From: a virus
Lineage: Duplodnaviria > Caudoviricetes
Virus record (IMG/VR): IMGVR_UViG_3300008262_000055
Strand: one strand, 5' to 3'
DNA: 64,000 nucleotides
Position numbers and translations under genes: made by a program. Under the pieces are notes generated by a model. That model made no database searches, was not told the DNA's origin, and saw only the letters and a list, made by a program, of their open reading frames with translations. Positions 1-8,939 of the stretch are shown one piece after another (position 1 is the stretch's first letter; each line of letters starts with the position of its first letter).

Positions 1-854
1 GTTTCATCAAAAATCAAGAATTCACAATCAAACTCTCTGCGGAAACGCTCGTCGCCAATTTTAGCACGTTCTATTTTTGCCCACTCTTCATCGCGATCCG
101 GGTGTTCTGCCCAATGAGCAAAATAACTGTAAAAACCGTTAGCTCCTAATTTAGCTTCGTTTCCAAATTCGTCAAACTTCTTGTTAGCCTCGGTCCATAT
201 CAAAGCAAACTGATCTTCGTCTGAGTTTGGAGTTGATGTAATAATACACTTACCACCTGTTGACAATGTTGGTGATAACGCAGTCCAAAACTCTTTGGCT
301 TTCTCTGGTGGTTGTACAAACGCAAACTCGTCACAGTAAATCAAGGATAGCGACTTACCACGACCTGTGTTTTCAGTAGTTGTGGTTGCTTGGATACGAG
401 CACCATTATCGTATTCAATAGTATTCCTGTTATAACTGTAAACGCCAGCACGGATAAAATCAGGTAAATTTTCATAGCCATATCGATAACGATTCATAAT
501 GTCCTGAGCACCCTCATACTTGTGAGCAGCGATCAAAACCTGTGCTTCAGGTACAAACATTGTGTACCATAATAGATAACCAGTAGCACAGGTAGTCTTA
601 CCCATCTGACGGGGTAACATAGCTATACATTGCTTGTTTTCGTGATAGGCTTGTATCAATCTTTCTTGATATTCATACGGCTCAAACGGAATGCTTCCAC
701 GAACAGGATGTTGGATCTTTAAAAAATTTCTACAGAAATACAATGGCCCTGTTATAGGATCCATACATGCTTCTAGATGCTTTACTTCTTCTAAAGTATA
801 CTTGATCTGAGCATGTGCTTTCTTGATCAGATTACCGTCGAGTGATTTTGCCAT
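1..854 (-). CDS. terL: Terminase large subunit, N-terminal ATPase part (runs off the left edge; absent from the ORF track)
   Basis: Manual translation from ATG at 854: MAKSLDGNLIKKAH...AMLPRQMGKTT (Walker A)...GRGKSLSLIYCDEFAF (Walker B)...IITSTPN...RFRREFDCEF; T4 gp17-like. Confidence 0.95.
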   Translation of the reverse strand, partial: MAKSLDGNLIKKAHAQIKYTLEEVKHLEACMDPITGPLYFCRNFLKIQHPVRGSIPFEPYEYQERLIQAYHENKQCIAMLPRQMGKTTCATGYLLWYTMFVPEAQVLIAAHKYEGAQDIMNRYRYGYENLPDFIRAGVYSYNRNTIEYDNGARIQATTTTENTGRGKSLSLIYCDEFAFVQPPEKAKEFWTALSPTLSTGGKCIITSTPNSDEDQFALIWTEANKKFDEFGNEAKLGANGFYSYFAHWAEHPDRDEEWAKIERAKIGDERFRREFDCEFLIFDE

Positions 855-859
855 ACAAC

Positions 860-865
860 TATTTA
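860..865 (-). promoter_or_regulatory. Late promoter TAAATA, 5 nt before terL ATG
   Basis: TTAAATA-GTTGT-ATG; resembles the T4 late consensus TATAAATA. Confidence 0.7.
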
Positions 866-868
866 ATG

Positions 869-896
869 AAAAAAATAGGCTCCGAAGAGCCTATTT
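869..896 (-). terminator. Rho-independent terminator with UUCG tetraloop
   Basis: AATAGGCTC-TTCG-GAGCCTATT-TTTTT, downstream of 912..1457. Confidence 0.85.
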
Positions 897-911
897 GGTT
901 TTTATGATTGT

Positions 912-1457
912 TTATTTAGATTTGATTTCTGCTAACAAAGCTTCTAGTTGTGCTTTGATATCTTCTACAGCCATAGGATTGTCGCCGGGCTGTGTAGCAG
1001 GGAACTGACGTTTCTTGCGATTTAGATCGTCTCCGTTTGGAATAGCAGCACTCATAGGTTTAATCTCTGGATCTGCTCCACCATCTGGTGTGTTAGCAAA
1101 TGATTCTTCTTCCCCACTCATATTATCCATTGGGTCAATATCATTATCGGCCAACGCAGGTGGTTTTGGTAATAGTTTATCTCTCAACGATGCCATTGAT
1201 GGTTCTGTTTTAACCATAGGCAGGGTCGGATCGCTGACATTGCCTCCCATAGGTGATCCCATGGTAGGGTTCACTTTGGTAATCAACTGCATTAATGATT
1301 CAATATTGTCCATGCCTTGAGCATTAAGATTAATACTCATCGACGGTGGAGCAGTTGGTGGTGTTGGCGATGGAGTTGACATAGGCATGCCACACTCCTC
1401 TGATACCTCGCTAGCATTTAGCTCAGCCATCTTTTCTAGTATAGCTTTAAAATCCAT
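912..1457 (-). CDS. Hypothetical Pro/Met-rich low-complexity protein
   Basis: 181-aa ORF with GGAG upstream, in operon; no family motif recognised. Confidence 0.75.
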   Translation of the reverse strand: MDFKAILEKMAELNASEVSEECGMPMSTPSPTPPTAPPSMSINLNAQGMDNIESLMQLITKVNPTMGSPMGGNVSDPTLPMVKTEPSMASLRDKLLPKPPALADNDIDPMDNMSGEEESFANTPDGGADPEIKPMSAAIPNGDDLNRKKRQFPATQPGDNPMAVEDIKAQLEALLAEIKSK

Positions 1458-1466
1458 ATTAACTCC

Positions 1467-1928
1467 CTAGGGCACTTTTAGTGCCTGCTTTATCTTGTTT
1501 AGGTGCTTTGGGCATTTTATATTCGCCCTGATTGTTTTCTTTAGTTCTTTCTTTTCGTTTAACAAGGCTTTACCGCTAGGGCCCTCAGCTGGCTCTGCTT
1601 GTTCGAACGGATCGTTGACATTTCTTACACGAAGATGTGTATTAGAAATACCGGTTGATTCGTGTACATCGATCTGTACTTGTTGTGGTGTTACTGGATA
1701 TGAACACTCACATTCAAACACTGTGACTTCTATATTAGATAGATCTAGAAATTCTAGAGCTGTTTTTTGTATAGGTGTAGTAGCTACTTTTTCAAATTTT
1801 CCGCAACCATACTTGCCCATCTTTGCCTTGGCTTTTTCTTCAAAGCTTTCGGGCAACGGGCCAGCAACCTTGATACGGAAACCGTAGGTTTTTTTGCTTT
1901 CAGATAGATATTCTTTGAATGTTTTCAT
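1467..1928 (-). CDS. Hypothetical protein; true C-terminus probably in the -1 frame ending at 1459
   Basis: MKTFKEYLSESKK start 5 nt after TAAATA; alternative frame 1459..1569 encodes a more natural tail (see findings). Confidence 0.7.
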   Translation of the reverse strand: MKTFKEYLSESKKTYGFRIKVAGPLPESFEEKAKAKMGKYGCGKFEKVATTPIQKTALEFLDLSNIEVTVFECECSYPVTPQQVQIDVHESTGISNTHLRVRNVNDPFEQAEPAEGPSGKALLNEKKELKKTIRANIKCPKHLNKIKQALKVP

Positions 1929-1933
1929 ATCAG

Positions 1934-1939
1934 TATTTA
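1934..1939 (-). promoter_or_regulatory. Late promoter TAAATA, 5 nt before ATG 1928
   Basis: ATAAATA-CTGAT-ATG. Confidence 0.7.
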
Positions 1940-2419
1940 TTCCTTTCCCTGGAGTTTTTTCAACAACTCGTTGCGATCAGTTATTACAAACGCCTGTCCG
2001 CTGAGCATGTTATTAGAATCATCATCTCCAGCATCTTTGTCAATTTTAAGTTTTTTTAACTTAGCATCTATAGCTTTTAATTTCTTATCAATCTTTGCTG
2101 ATTTAGCATCTATAGCATTTCTCAGCATAGTACCTGCTACTTCAAAAATACGTCCGCTGTAGCGTACTTCTACGTTCATGCCTAAATCCATAAGATCGTC
2201 GTAGGCATCTTCAGCTTTTTTAGCCAATGCGTCTAATTCGTTTTCGCCTAGGTTTTCTAAATCTGCTATATCTGGCAAACGTCCTGCTATAGCATCTACT
2301 TCGCGATAACTTCTTTCTAGATCACGAACTTCTTCTTTAGATTCTTCAATCACAGGAACTTTAGCCTCAACAGCTCTAGTATCTTCTAAGTTAAAAAGTT
2401 CTTCGAGTTTTTTCGTCAT
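1937..2419 (-). CDS. Probable terminase small subunit (gp16-like helical protein)
   Basis: AYDDLMDLGMNVEVRYSGRIFEVAGTML and C-terminal TDRNELLKKL resemble the T4 gp16 pattern (R-x-x-EVA); close to terL. TAAGTA variant promoter at 2424-2429. Confidence 0.55.
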   Translation of the reverse strand: MTKKLEELFNLEDTRAVEAKVPVIEESKEEVRDLERSYREVDAIAGRLPDIADLENLGENELDALAKKAEDAYDDLMDLGMNVEVRYSGRIFEVAGTMLRNAIDAKSAKIDKKLKAIDAKLKKLKIDKDAGDDDSNNMLSGQAFVITDRNELLKKLQGKE

Positions 2420-2426
2420 ACTATAC

Positions 2427-2867
2427 TTATCTGCGTTTTGAACCTTTGTGGAAAATATCGTCTTCGTTAACTACTCTAAAACGAATTCCTTGTTGCTTAC
2501 ACCAAGCAGTAGCAGCTTCCCATTTGGCAAGATTTTTTACGTATTGTTCTTGATTGTATCTGCTCTTTCCTACTTTTTCTAAAAAAGTATGATTACTAGG
2601 TTTTACTTCTACTAGTTCGGCGTGTTTTTTTCCGCCTTTGTCATTGTAAACAATAAAAAAATCAGGCACATATATTGTATATTTGCCTGTTAGCGGGTCT
2701 CTATAAGGAATCTGGATACTTTCTGATGCCCAATTTTCCACTCCCGGGTGCTCGTCTAGCATACGCATGAAAACAAATTCCCATGAACTACGTGCCAGCG
2801 GTGTTTTCTTCCCGATATATTTGTCGGGATTTTTCATTTCAAATTTACCTTGAGCAAATTTAACCAT
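2427..2867 (-). CDS. gp4: Head completion nuclease (T4 gp4-like, TnsA-N/PD-(D/E)XK fold)
   Basis: GKFEMKNPDKYIG, RSSWE, WASE, YVPDF, EVKP, KWEAA motifs. Confidence 0.85.
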   Translation of the reverse strand: MVKFAQGKFEMKNPDKYIGKKTPLARSSWEFVFMRMLDEHPGVENWASESIQIPYRDPLTGKYTIYVPDFFIVYNDKGGKKHAELVEVKPSNHTFLEKVGKSRYNQEQYVKNLAKWEAATAWCKQQGIRFRVVNEDDIFHKGSKRR

Positions 2868-3244
2868 TACGCTCTAATGTTTCTAAGTTTGAGTTGATTA
2901 GCAGTAATCACTGTCCTAAAACCCAATCTCGATGTTTGGCTACGATTTTGATTTAATATCTCAGCCACTAATCCTGTAAGTTCTAACTGTTTCAAAGAAT
3001 CCAAAGTTTCTAATAATTGAAAAACAGGAAATCCGTCTTTCTTAGCCTGTTGTAAAAGAACCATGGCTGTAACTGTTGCTGCTTCGAGGCCAAAACCTTT
3101 ATTAGTTAAAAATCCTATAGTAGCATCTACGTCACTGCCGAGATATTCTTCACCTCGCTGTCCAAAATTATTTAAATAGACTCTACTTCTATCAGCACTA
3201 TCAGTAGATTGTGTAGTCGGTAAATTAGTTAAGACACTATTCAT
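2867..3244 (-). CDS. Hypothetical protein
   Basis: 125-aa ORF with stop/start overlaps on both sides. Confidence 0.75.
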   Translation of the reverse strand: MNSVLTNLPTTQSTDSADRSRVYLNNFGQRGEEYLGSDVDATIGFLTNKGFGLEAATVTAMVLLQQAKKDGFPVFQLLETLDSLKQLELTGLVAEILNQNRSQTSRLGFRTVITANQLKLRNIRA

Positions 3245-4374
3245 TCTGCCCTCTTGTTTGTTCCAAAGGATATACCAGGTAATCCACTGGTAACATTATC
3301 TTGCCCTGTGGGTGTTAGTAATATATTTGTTGCTTCTGCGACTAAATTTTCTGGACGAAGAGATGCTAGACTCTTATAAAAATTAATAGCTTTGATAGCA
3401 GCCTGTAACCCGTCTGTTCTAGAAAAAGCACCTTGGACGTTGTTAACTCCGTATATTGTTGAAGCATCTTCAATAATTTGCGACCCTGCGTTAATTAACC
3501 CGCCTGGGCCAAATATAGTAGAAATTTGGCCTCCCCCTATAGTTAAAGGACTAGGAGTTCTATCATAATATAGATCAGCAAAACCTCGAGGTACTCCTCT
3601 GTCAATAATAGAACCGGTTCCATATAAAACTGATTCATAAACAATATTCATCGTAGCTTCAATTGTGCCGTTGTTAGAGCCTTGATCTACGTTTCCGTGA
3701 TTCCAGCTTGTTATATGGGGATTAATCAACGTATAAGCATTGAATTTTTTTCGACTTAAAGTGTATATAGTAATTGAACCAAAGAATGGTCTTGTATAAT
3801 TTATTTTATCAACATCGAGGCCGTATCGAATTTGTCCAGCTTCTATTGCCCCTAAAGTTCTTCCTGTGTTAGTAATGCCTCCGCCTGCTTTGGGAGCTCC
3901 GGTTGTAGTTTGATCTGGAGCATACACTCCGCCTTTTGTCTGTGTCCAAAAATCAGGAGGAAGAAATCTTTCATTAGAATAATGAGAAAGATATTGAGCC
4001 CATAAAGCATTTATTACCCCTAAGTTGTCGTCATGAAAAACAAGATTTAGTGGTTCGTATTTTATTTCTTTGTAAATTACACGTTTCCTGTTATATTGAT
4101 TTTTAACCTCGTGCTCAAAAGTAATTTTAGGTAAATCGGCTTGTTTTACTAACATGTCGATTGCCTGTTGATTATTTTTTAGATATGTAGATGACGCTAC
4201 AGCAGGTTGGTTTATGTTAAACTGAACATGATACAGGAATTTAGTTCTTGGTGCCCGCGACATTCCGTTATCGAGATATAGTCGAGCCGCGTGACGAGCA
4301 TCACCAAGATTTCCCTTGGGGTTTGTGATGCCTTGCCCTACTCCTTGAAGGAATCGTGTGAATTTATCTGCCAT
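3241..4374 (-). CDS. Tail-tube-like baseplate hub / tube initiator (gp19/gp54 fold) with C-terminal extension
   Basis: PRTKFLYHVQF...LVKQADLPK...NQYNRKRV...YEPLNLVFHDD parallels the adjacent tube protein. Confidence 0.65.
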   Translation of the reverse strand: MADKFTRFLQGVGQGITNPKGNLGDARHAARLYLDNGMSRAPRTKFLYHVQFNINQPAVASSTYLKNNQQAIDMLVKQADLPKITFEHEVKNQYNRKRVIYKEIKYEPLNLVFHDDNLGVINALWAQYLSHYSNERFLPPDFWTQTKGGVYAPDQTTTGAPKAGGGITNTGRTLGAIEAGQIRYGLDVDKINYTRPFFGSITIYTLSRKKFNAYTLINPHITSWNHGNVDQGSNNGTIEATMNIVYESVLYGTGSIIDRGVPRGFADLYYDRTPSPLTIGGGQISTIFGPGGLINAGSQIIEDASTIYGVNNVQGAFSRTDGLQAAIKAINFYKSLASLRPENLVAEATNILLTPTGQDNVTSGLPGISFGTNKRAE

Positions 4375-4379
4375 AATAT

Positions 4380-4385
4380 TATTTA
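4380..4385 (-). promoter_or_regulatory. Late promoter TAAATA, 5 nt before ATG 4374
   Basis: CTAAATA-ATATT-ATG. Confidence 0.7.
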
Positions 4386-4390
4386 GTGAT

Positions 4391-4416
4391 AAAAAAAGCC
4401 CGGGGATTCCGGGCTT
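4391..4416 (-). terminator. Rho-independent terminator after the tail tube gene
   Basis: AAGCCCGG-AATCC-CCGGGCTT-TTTTT. Confidence 0.85.
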
Positions 4417-4433
4417 GATTTAATTTTGTGATA

Positions 4434-5066
4434 TTAACTTCCTGTAGCTAGGCTACCAAGAGTTCTAGCACCAATGTTTCTACCAATGCCGTCAATGCCG
4501 CCGCCTTTGTATTGGATCGCGTTATCGTAACGTATTGCTAGTGCAATCATTGCTGGTTCGTTTGATGTATAGTTTAAATCACCGTAATCGATGTTTTGTA
4601 CGAAACAACCGTACAATTCAAATGTTTCTAGCACGTTAGGTGTTTGAGCACCATTTCCGCCATCTAGTAGTTCGATTAGTGTAGTGAACTTATAGTCTTG
4701 AGCAGATGCTGCTCCTGATTGTTCGAAGAAGTCAAATTGTTTCTGAATCTGCTCACCGCACAGGCGTTGGATAGATCCTGTAGCATCATCTCTCACGTTT
4801 AATGTTACTGGTTCCCAATTGTGTCTACCTGCTAGGTATACTCTTGAGTTGTAAATTGGAAGTTCTATTTCTTCAAAGTTTACTTTAGGACGAGTAATAT
4901 CATTTACTTGTTTTGTTAATTCAGTTGCTACTGTTCCATTTGCCCCGAAGCCTTGTAAGACCACCCTAAATCTATACTTTAGCTTGGGCATTAACAAGCC
5001 CTGAGCACTAGACGAAGCGTCTGTTGCCAAAGGTACTGTTAATTTTGATAGTGTTGAAATTGCCAT
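4434..5066 (-). CDS. gp19: Tail tube protein
   Basis: MPKLKYRFRV...RPKVNFEEIELP...YLAGRHNWEPVTLNVRDD; next to sheath; GGAG RBS. Confidence 0.88.
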   Translation of the reverse strand: MAISTLSKLTVPLATDASSSAQGLLMPKLKYRFRVVLQGFGANGTVATELTKQVNDITRPKVNFEEIELPIYNSRVYLAGRHNWEPVTLNVRDDATGSIQRLCGEQIQKQFDFFEQSGAASAQDYKFTTLIELLDGGNGAQTPNVLETFELYGCFVQNIDYGDLNYTSNEPAMIALAIRYDNAIQYKGGGIDGIGRNIGARTLGSLATGS

Positions 5067-5088
5067 ATTCTTATGCTCCGGATAATAT

Positions 5089-5094
5089 TATTTA
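5089..5094 (-). promoter_or_regulatory. Late promoter TAAATA for the tail tube gene (22-nt leader with GGAG)
   Basis: GATAAATA-ATATTATCCGGAGCATAAGAAT-ATG. Confidence 0.7.
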
Positions 5095-5100
5095 TCTCTT

Positions 5101-5128
5101 ATAATTGGGGGACAAAGCCCCCAATTAT
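5101..5128 (-). terminator. 11-bp perfect hairpin immediately after the sheath stop (terminator or RNA-stabilising stem)
   Basis: ATAATTGGGGG-CTTTGT-CCCCCAATTAT; weak U-tract. Confidence 0.6.
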
Positions 5129-8100
5129 TAAGATGCTCTCGATGCTGCTATCTCCCCTGTATTTTTCAATCTCAATGGGATGTAAATAAATTCAATTGCT
5201 TTTACTGGTTCAATTGCGATATCTACATATAGTTCATTTCGATCAATCCTTGCTGGAGTGTTATTTGTTTCATCGCAGACCACAGCATAGTCATAGATAG
5301 CACGTAGACCTACAAGCTCTAGCAACAGACTTTCTACTGCCTGTCTAACTTCGTCTCTTGTAAGTTTATCGTTAGGTTCAAACACAAACGGTTTAGCTAA
5401 TCTGCTTAACTGACTGCGTAGATAAATTACCAAACGTGCTACGTTAATTCTGTCTAATGCTGATGATCCAGTACTTAGGGTTTTTTGTCCATAGTTTACT
5501 AGACCAACACCGTTAAAGAATGTTAAAGGATTAACTCTAATATTAGCTAATGTGTCACGCTGTCCTTCTGTTAATGCTACAGGTTTAAATTGTCCTGTTT
5601 TGCTTTCTAGGTATCCTACTGATGTAGCATTAGTAACACCGCCTCGTCTTATACCTGCTGGAGCAAACCATGGATAAGATACTTGATCATTTAAAGCAAT
5701 AGTTCTTAACATCATGTAGCTTGGTGGTACCATGATTGTGTTACCAGTATTATCACTGGTTAATCCTGCTGGATAAAATACTCCGGCATACGCATCTGAG
5801 CTAACTAAACCTACGTCTCCGTTGTCAGTAGCAGCATTAACGTTTTTGCCCCAGTTGTTTAATGAATTAGTGTCTGGAAGCAATCTAAAAGGAGCATCGC
5901 CTACAACAAATGCTGTTGTTCCGCGATCAATATTTAGAGCAATCATTTCTTGTAGTACTTCAGGATATCCTGGTGTAGCAATAAGATTGAAATTACGAAC
6001 TTCGTCTTCACGTATTTCAGCGTTAGAATTTAATAAACCTTTTAACGCCTCAACAACCACTTGACGCTGTGCTTTACGACCAAAGTCGCTACCAGAATCA
6101 GATACCCAACGTGCTGACTCATAATCTATCATTGACTCGTCACCGTAGCGGACATTGTCTGCCGATGTGTTAACATGGTTTCTAACATACTTTTTAATAT
6201 TGAAACCGCTTCTACGAGTATTGAATAACAAAATACCTCTTGGATATAGGTCAGGATCTGGTGCGTCGTAGTCTACAAAATCACTGCTTAACAATTCTAA
6301 GATTGTAGCAGGATCTTTTGACTCGCCGTTTAAGTCCCATCGAGCATCGCCAAACACAATACCATCTTCTGATGTGCTATCGCTCTTGTCAATCAATACC
6401 CAATTATTTGCTATCTGGTCAGTTAAGCCGTCTTGGTATTTGTAGATTACAGGATAATTTTCTAGATCGCTAGCATCAATCCATAGGTCGCCGGTCACTA
6501 AAGCAGTACCATCACTTTGTAGCAATGGTCGAACAGAGTTAACAATTGGTCCCATTGGGTCTGTGCCGTTAACATACACTGGGGATGCTGTTGTAGCAAT
6601 ACCGCCACTGCCGCTATATTTGTAACCTACCCAGGCAGATCCGTTGTGTATCATAATGTCTACTTGATCTACTAAACTGTTAAACCATCTTTGACCATCT
6701 GCTGGATCGTTTAACGGAGCATCTGAAGATGCTACATACCCTGTAGATGTACCAGACATTGGCATATAGTTGCTGATAACATAATCAAAGTCGCTGCTGA
6801 CGCTCGGAGATCCGTAGAAATTTGGAGTTCCTGTAGCGTCTGTTACATTATATTCAACAAAACCAGCATCAGTAAACAAATCATCGCCATCGATAATTCT
6901 AATCTCACCGCCTAGTTTATGAGTAATTGTAATTTTACCATCTAGTACTGTAGCTTCAACGTTTACAAAACCAGCATTGTTAATAGCCTGTCTTAATGTA
7001 TTAGCATCCGCACCTGTACCTGCTGAGGTAAAAGTTATTGAAATAGCACTTGAAAGACTAGCATTATTAACAAGACTTTCTCTCATACTAAATGTGTAAG
7101 AACCACTAAATGTTCCTGCTCCAATTGTATCAGATGTTACAGATGTCGCACCTTTAATTTTTCTAACAAAAATTTTAAAACTAGCAGTTTGAGGTGTGTT
7201 ATCGTAGCCAGTATCTTCAGTGTAATTGTATTGTACATACACTGTATCTTTATCAATCCCAGCACCGCCACCTGTTTTGTTAACTCCAAAGATAGCACCT
7301 TGTGCGTTAGCCGATAAAGGAGCAGCTACTTCTAACCATGATTTAGAAGAACTATTCCAACGTTTTACTCTCCAACGTGCTCCAAGATTAGGATCAGTTG
7401 TCTTAACCCATATAGATCCGCTTGGTCTAGAAATAGCAGCGTTTGATTTCCATTGAGGAACTTGTGTATGCGGAGACATAGATAATTCTGGACCGTAATA
7501 TGTTCCTGCTGCAACGCCAAATAAACTTAACACAGTTGCTGATCCATCTTGTAATACAAGAGCGTTACTGCCAGTTGAATCGCCAACCATGTCATCTGTA
7601 GCGTCTGTAATGTATAATGTTACAAATCCATTTACGTTAGCTGCTCTAACACCTTGGATTAAAGCATTATTAATCAATGTAACCATGCCGCCTACAGTTG
7701 TATAAGCTGGAACGTTAATCTGTACTCCATTAATAATAAAAGTTGATGAACTTGTTTTTGATGAATGTCCGTCTATTTCGGCTGTAAATGATGGCCAAAA
7801 CTTACGCCATTCTTTTGTACCTAGCAATTCCCAAGATACTGGTTCGCCTACTGTAGTATAATCTTTGCCTTTGTAATAGACTCTGATAACATCAGACGCT
7901 GTAACTACAGCATAGTCGCCAACACGACCAACACCACTAGCTGGTTGGGTTCCGTTTAGACTTTCTGTATCTTCTGCGGTAATGACAACGGGCACTTTGT
8001 TATTAAATTTTTGTCCTGCTAATCCGGCAGGAGCTGAATCCCACTCAAAAATACCCCAGTTGGTACTTTGAGTATCTAACCACCACTGACCGCTTGTTGC

Positions 8101-8487
8101 TTCAGAACCAGGAATTTCTGATTTAGCAGTTAGGTCATCTAAATTTACTGCTGCTCTGACTACATAGGCAGAATTAGCAGATCCCAAGAAACTATAGGCT
8201 GTCTGTAAGCCATATTCGTTTCTTTCGTCCCCGTGTATTGGAGAACCTGATATTGTTCTCCTAAATGTTGGTGTGCCAAAGAAATCAACAAGTTCTCTTT
8301 GACTTGAAACTTTGTATACTTTACCTGCGTTGGTTGCTAGTGTACCTTGTGCGGTACCTGTTCCGCTAGCGTTTGCTTTGTTTTCTGCAGTAGCAATTAC
8401 GATTAATGGAGTCGTGCTGCTTTCAGCTGGAGTATAAAAACTCTCATCGATTACTGTAACTTCTACGCCTGGTGAATTAAGTGCCAT
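5128..8487 (-). CDS. gp18: Contractile tail sheath protein, 1119 aa (start revised to ATG 8487)
   Basis: MALNSPGVEVTVIDES start with AGGAG RBS; C-terminal WFAPAGIRRG, YGQKT, SALDRINVARL, FVFEPND, VVCDETNNTP motifs. Confidence 0.95.
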   Translation of the reverse strand: MALNSPGVEVTVIDESFYTPAESSTTPLIVIATAENKANASGTGTAQGTLATNAGKVYKVSSQRELVDFFGTPTFRRTISGSPIHGDERNEYGLQTAYSFLGSANSAYVVRAAVNLDDLTAKSEIPGSEATSGQWWLDTQSTNWGIFEWDSAPAGLAGQKFNNKVPVVITAEDTESLNGTQPASGVGRVGDYAVVTASDVIRVYYKGKDYTTVGEPVSWELLGTKEWRKFWPSFTAEIDGHSSKTSSSTFIINGVQINVPAYTTVGGMVTLINNALIQGVRAANVNGFVTLYITDATDDMVGDSTGSNALVLQDGSATVLSLFGVAAGTYYGPELSMSPHTQVPQWKSNAAISRPSGSIWVKTTDPNLGARWRVKRWNSSSKSWLEVAAPLSANAQGAIFGVNKTGGGAGIDKDTVYVQYNYTEDTGYDNTPQTASFKIFVRKIKGATSVTSDTIGAGTFSGSYTFSMRESLVNNASLSSAISITFTSAGTGADANTLRQAINNAGFVNVEATVLDGKITITHKLGGEIRIIDGDDLFTDAGFVEYNVTDATGTPNFYGSPSVSSDFDYVISNYMPMSGTSTGYVASSDAPLNDPADGQRWFNSLVDQVDIMIHNGSAWVGYKYSGSGGIATTASPVYVNGTDPMGPIVNSVRPLLQSDGTALVTGDLWIDASDLENYPVIYKYQDGLTDQIANNWVLIDKSDSTSEDGIVFGDARWDLNGESKDPATILELLSSDFVDYDAPDPDLYPRGILLFNTRRSGFNIKKYVRNHVNTSADNVRYGDESMIDYESARWVSDSGSDFGRKAQRQVVVEALKGLLNSNAEIREDEVRNFNLIATPGYPEVLQEMIALNIDRGTTAFVVGDAPFRLLPDTNSLNNWGKNVNAATDNGDVGLVSSDAYAGVFYPAGLTSDNTGNTIMVPPSYMMLRTIALNDQVSYPWFAPAGIRRGGVTNATSVGYLESKTGQFKPVALTEGQRDTLANIRVNPLTFFNGVGLVNYGQKTLSTGSSALDRINVARLVIYLRSQLSRLAKPFVFEPNDKLTRDEVRQAVESLLLELVGLRAIYDYAVVCDETNNTPARIDRNELYVDIAIEPVKAIEFIYIPLRLKNTGEIAASRAS

Positions 8488-8521
8488 TCCGTTGTCTCCT
8501 GATGGTTTGAATCTTGTATAA

Positions 8522-8527
8522 TATTTA
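8522..8527 (-). promoter_or_regulatory. Late promoter TAAATA for the sheath gene
   Basis: AATAAATA, then a 34-nt leader containing AGGAG. Confidence 0.7.
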
Positions 8528-8592
8528 TTCAGTAAACCAAAAAACACAGAGTTTAAACTGTCGGAAAAGGGGTGAAAAAGGTCCAAATTCTT

Positions 8593-8598
8593 TAAATA
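8593..8598 (+). promoter_or_regulatory. Late promoter TAAATA, 5 nt before HNH ATG 8604
   Basis: TTAAATA-GATGT-ATG. Confidence 0.7.
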
Positions 8599-8603
8599 GA
8601 TGT

Positions 8604-8939
8604 ATGAGACCCCTATGTAAATGCGGACAAAGGCCGGCCGCTATAAACTATCGCAAAGAAAAAAGAATCTATTATAGATCTCTTTGCGAAATCTGTTTAA
8701 AACACGGAAAGTATCACGGCATACCTAGATGGTATAGAGCAGGGTATAGGAAAAAAAATGCCTGCGACAAATGCGGTTTTAAATCACCGCACCCTGAAAT
8801 TTTCGCAGTTTATCATGTCGATGAAGATCTTAATAATTGTAAGATTGCTAATCTAAAAACAGTATGTGCTAACTGTCAACGAGTGTTAGCTAAAGAAGGC
8901 ATTAAATGGAAACAAGGTGATCTTGTTGCTGATTTTTAA
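8604..8939 (+). CDS. Zn-binding HNH-like protein (start revised to 8604)
   Basis: CxC, CxxC, CxxCGF, VYHVDEDLNN...NLKTVCANC: HNH betabetaalpha-metal pattern; final His replaced by Gln. Confidence 0.75.
   Translation: MRPLCKCGQRPAAINYRKEKRIYYRSLCEICLKHGKYHGIPRWYRAGYRKKNACDKCGFKSPHPEIFAVYHVDEDLNNCKIANLKTVCANCQRVLAKEGIKWKQGDLVADF

Noticed and set aside
1-854. Intein or intron in terL
   Set aside because: The visible 284 codons are colinear terminase ATPase sequence with no splicing motifs; the remainder is outside the window.
2061-2116. 14-bp direct repeat TTAGCATCTATAGC (AIDAK twice) in the small-terminase-like gene
   Set aside because: In-frame and short; could be chance, coiled-coil periodicity or a local assembly artefact; no function supportable.
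2427-2867. TnsA transposase / mobile element
   Set aside because: Size, motifs and context match T4 gp4 head-completion nuclease; no TnsB/C or terminal repeats.
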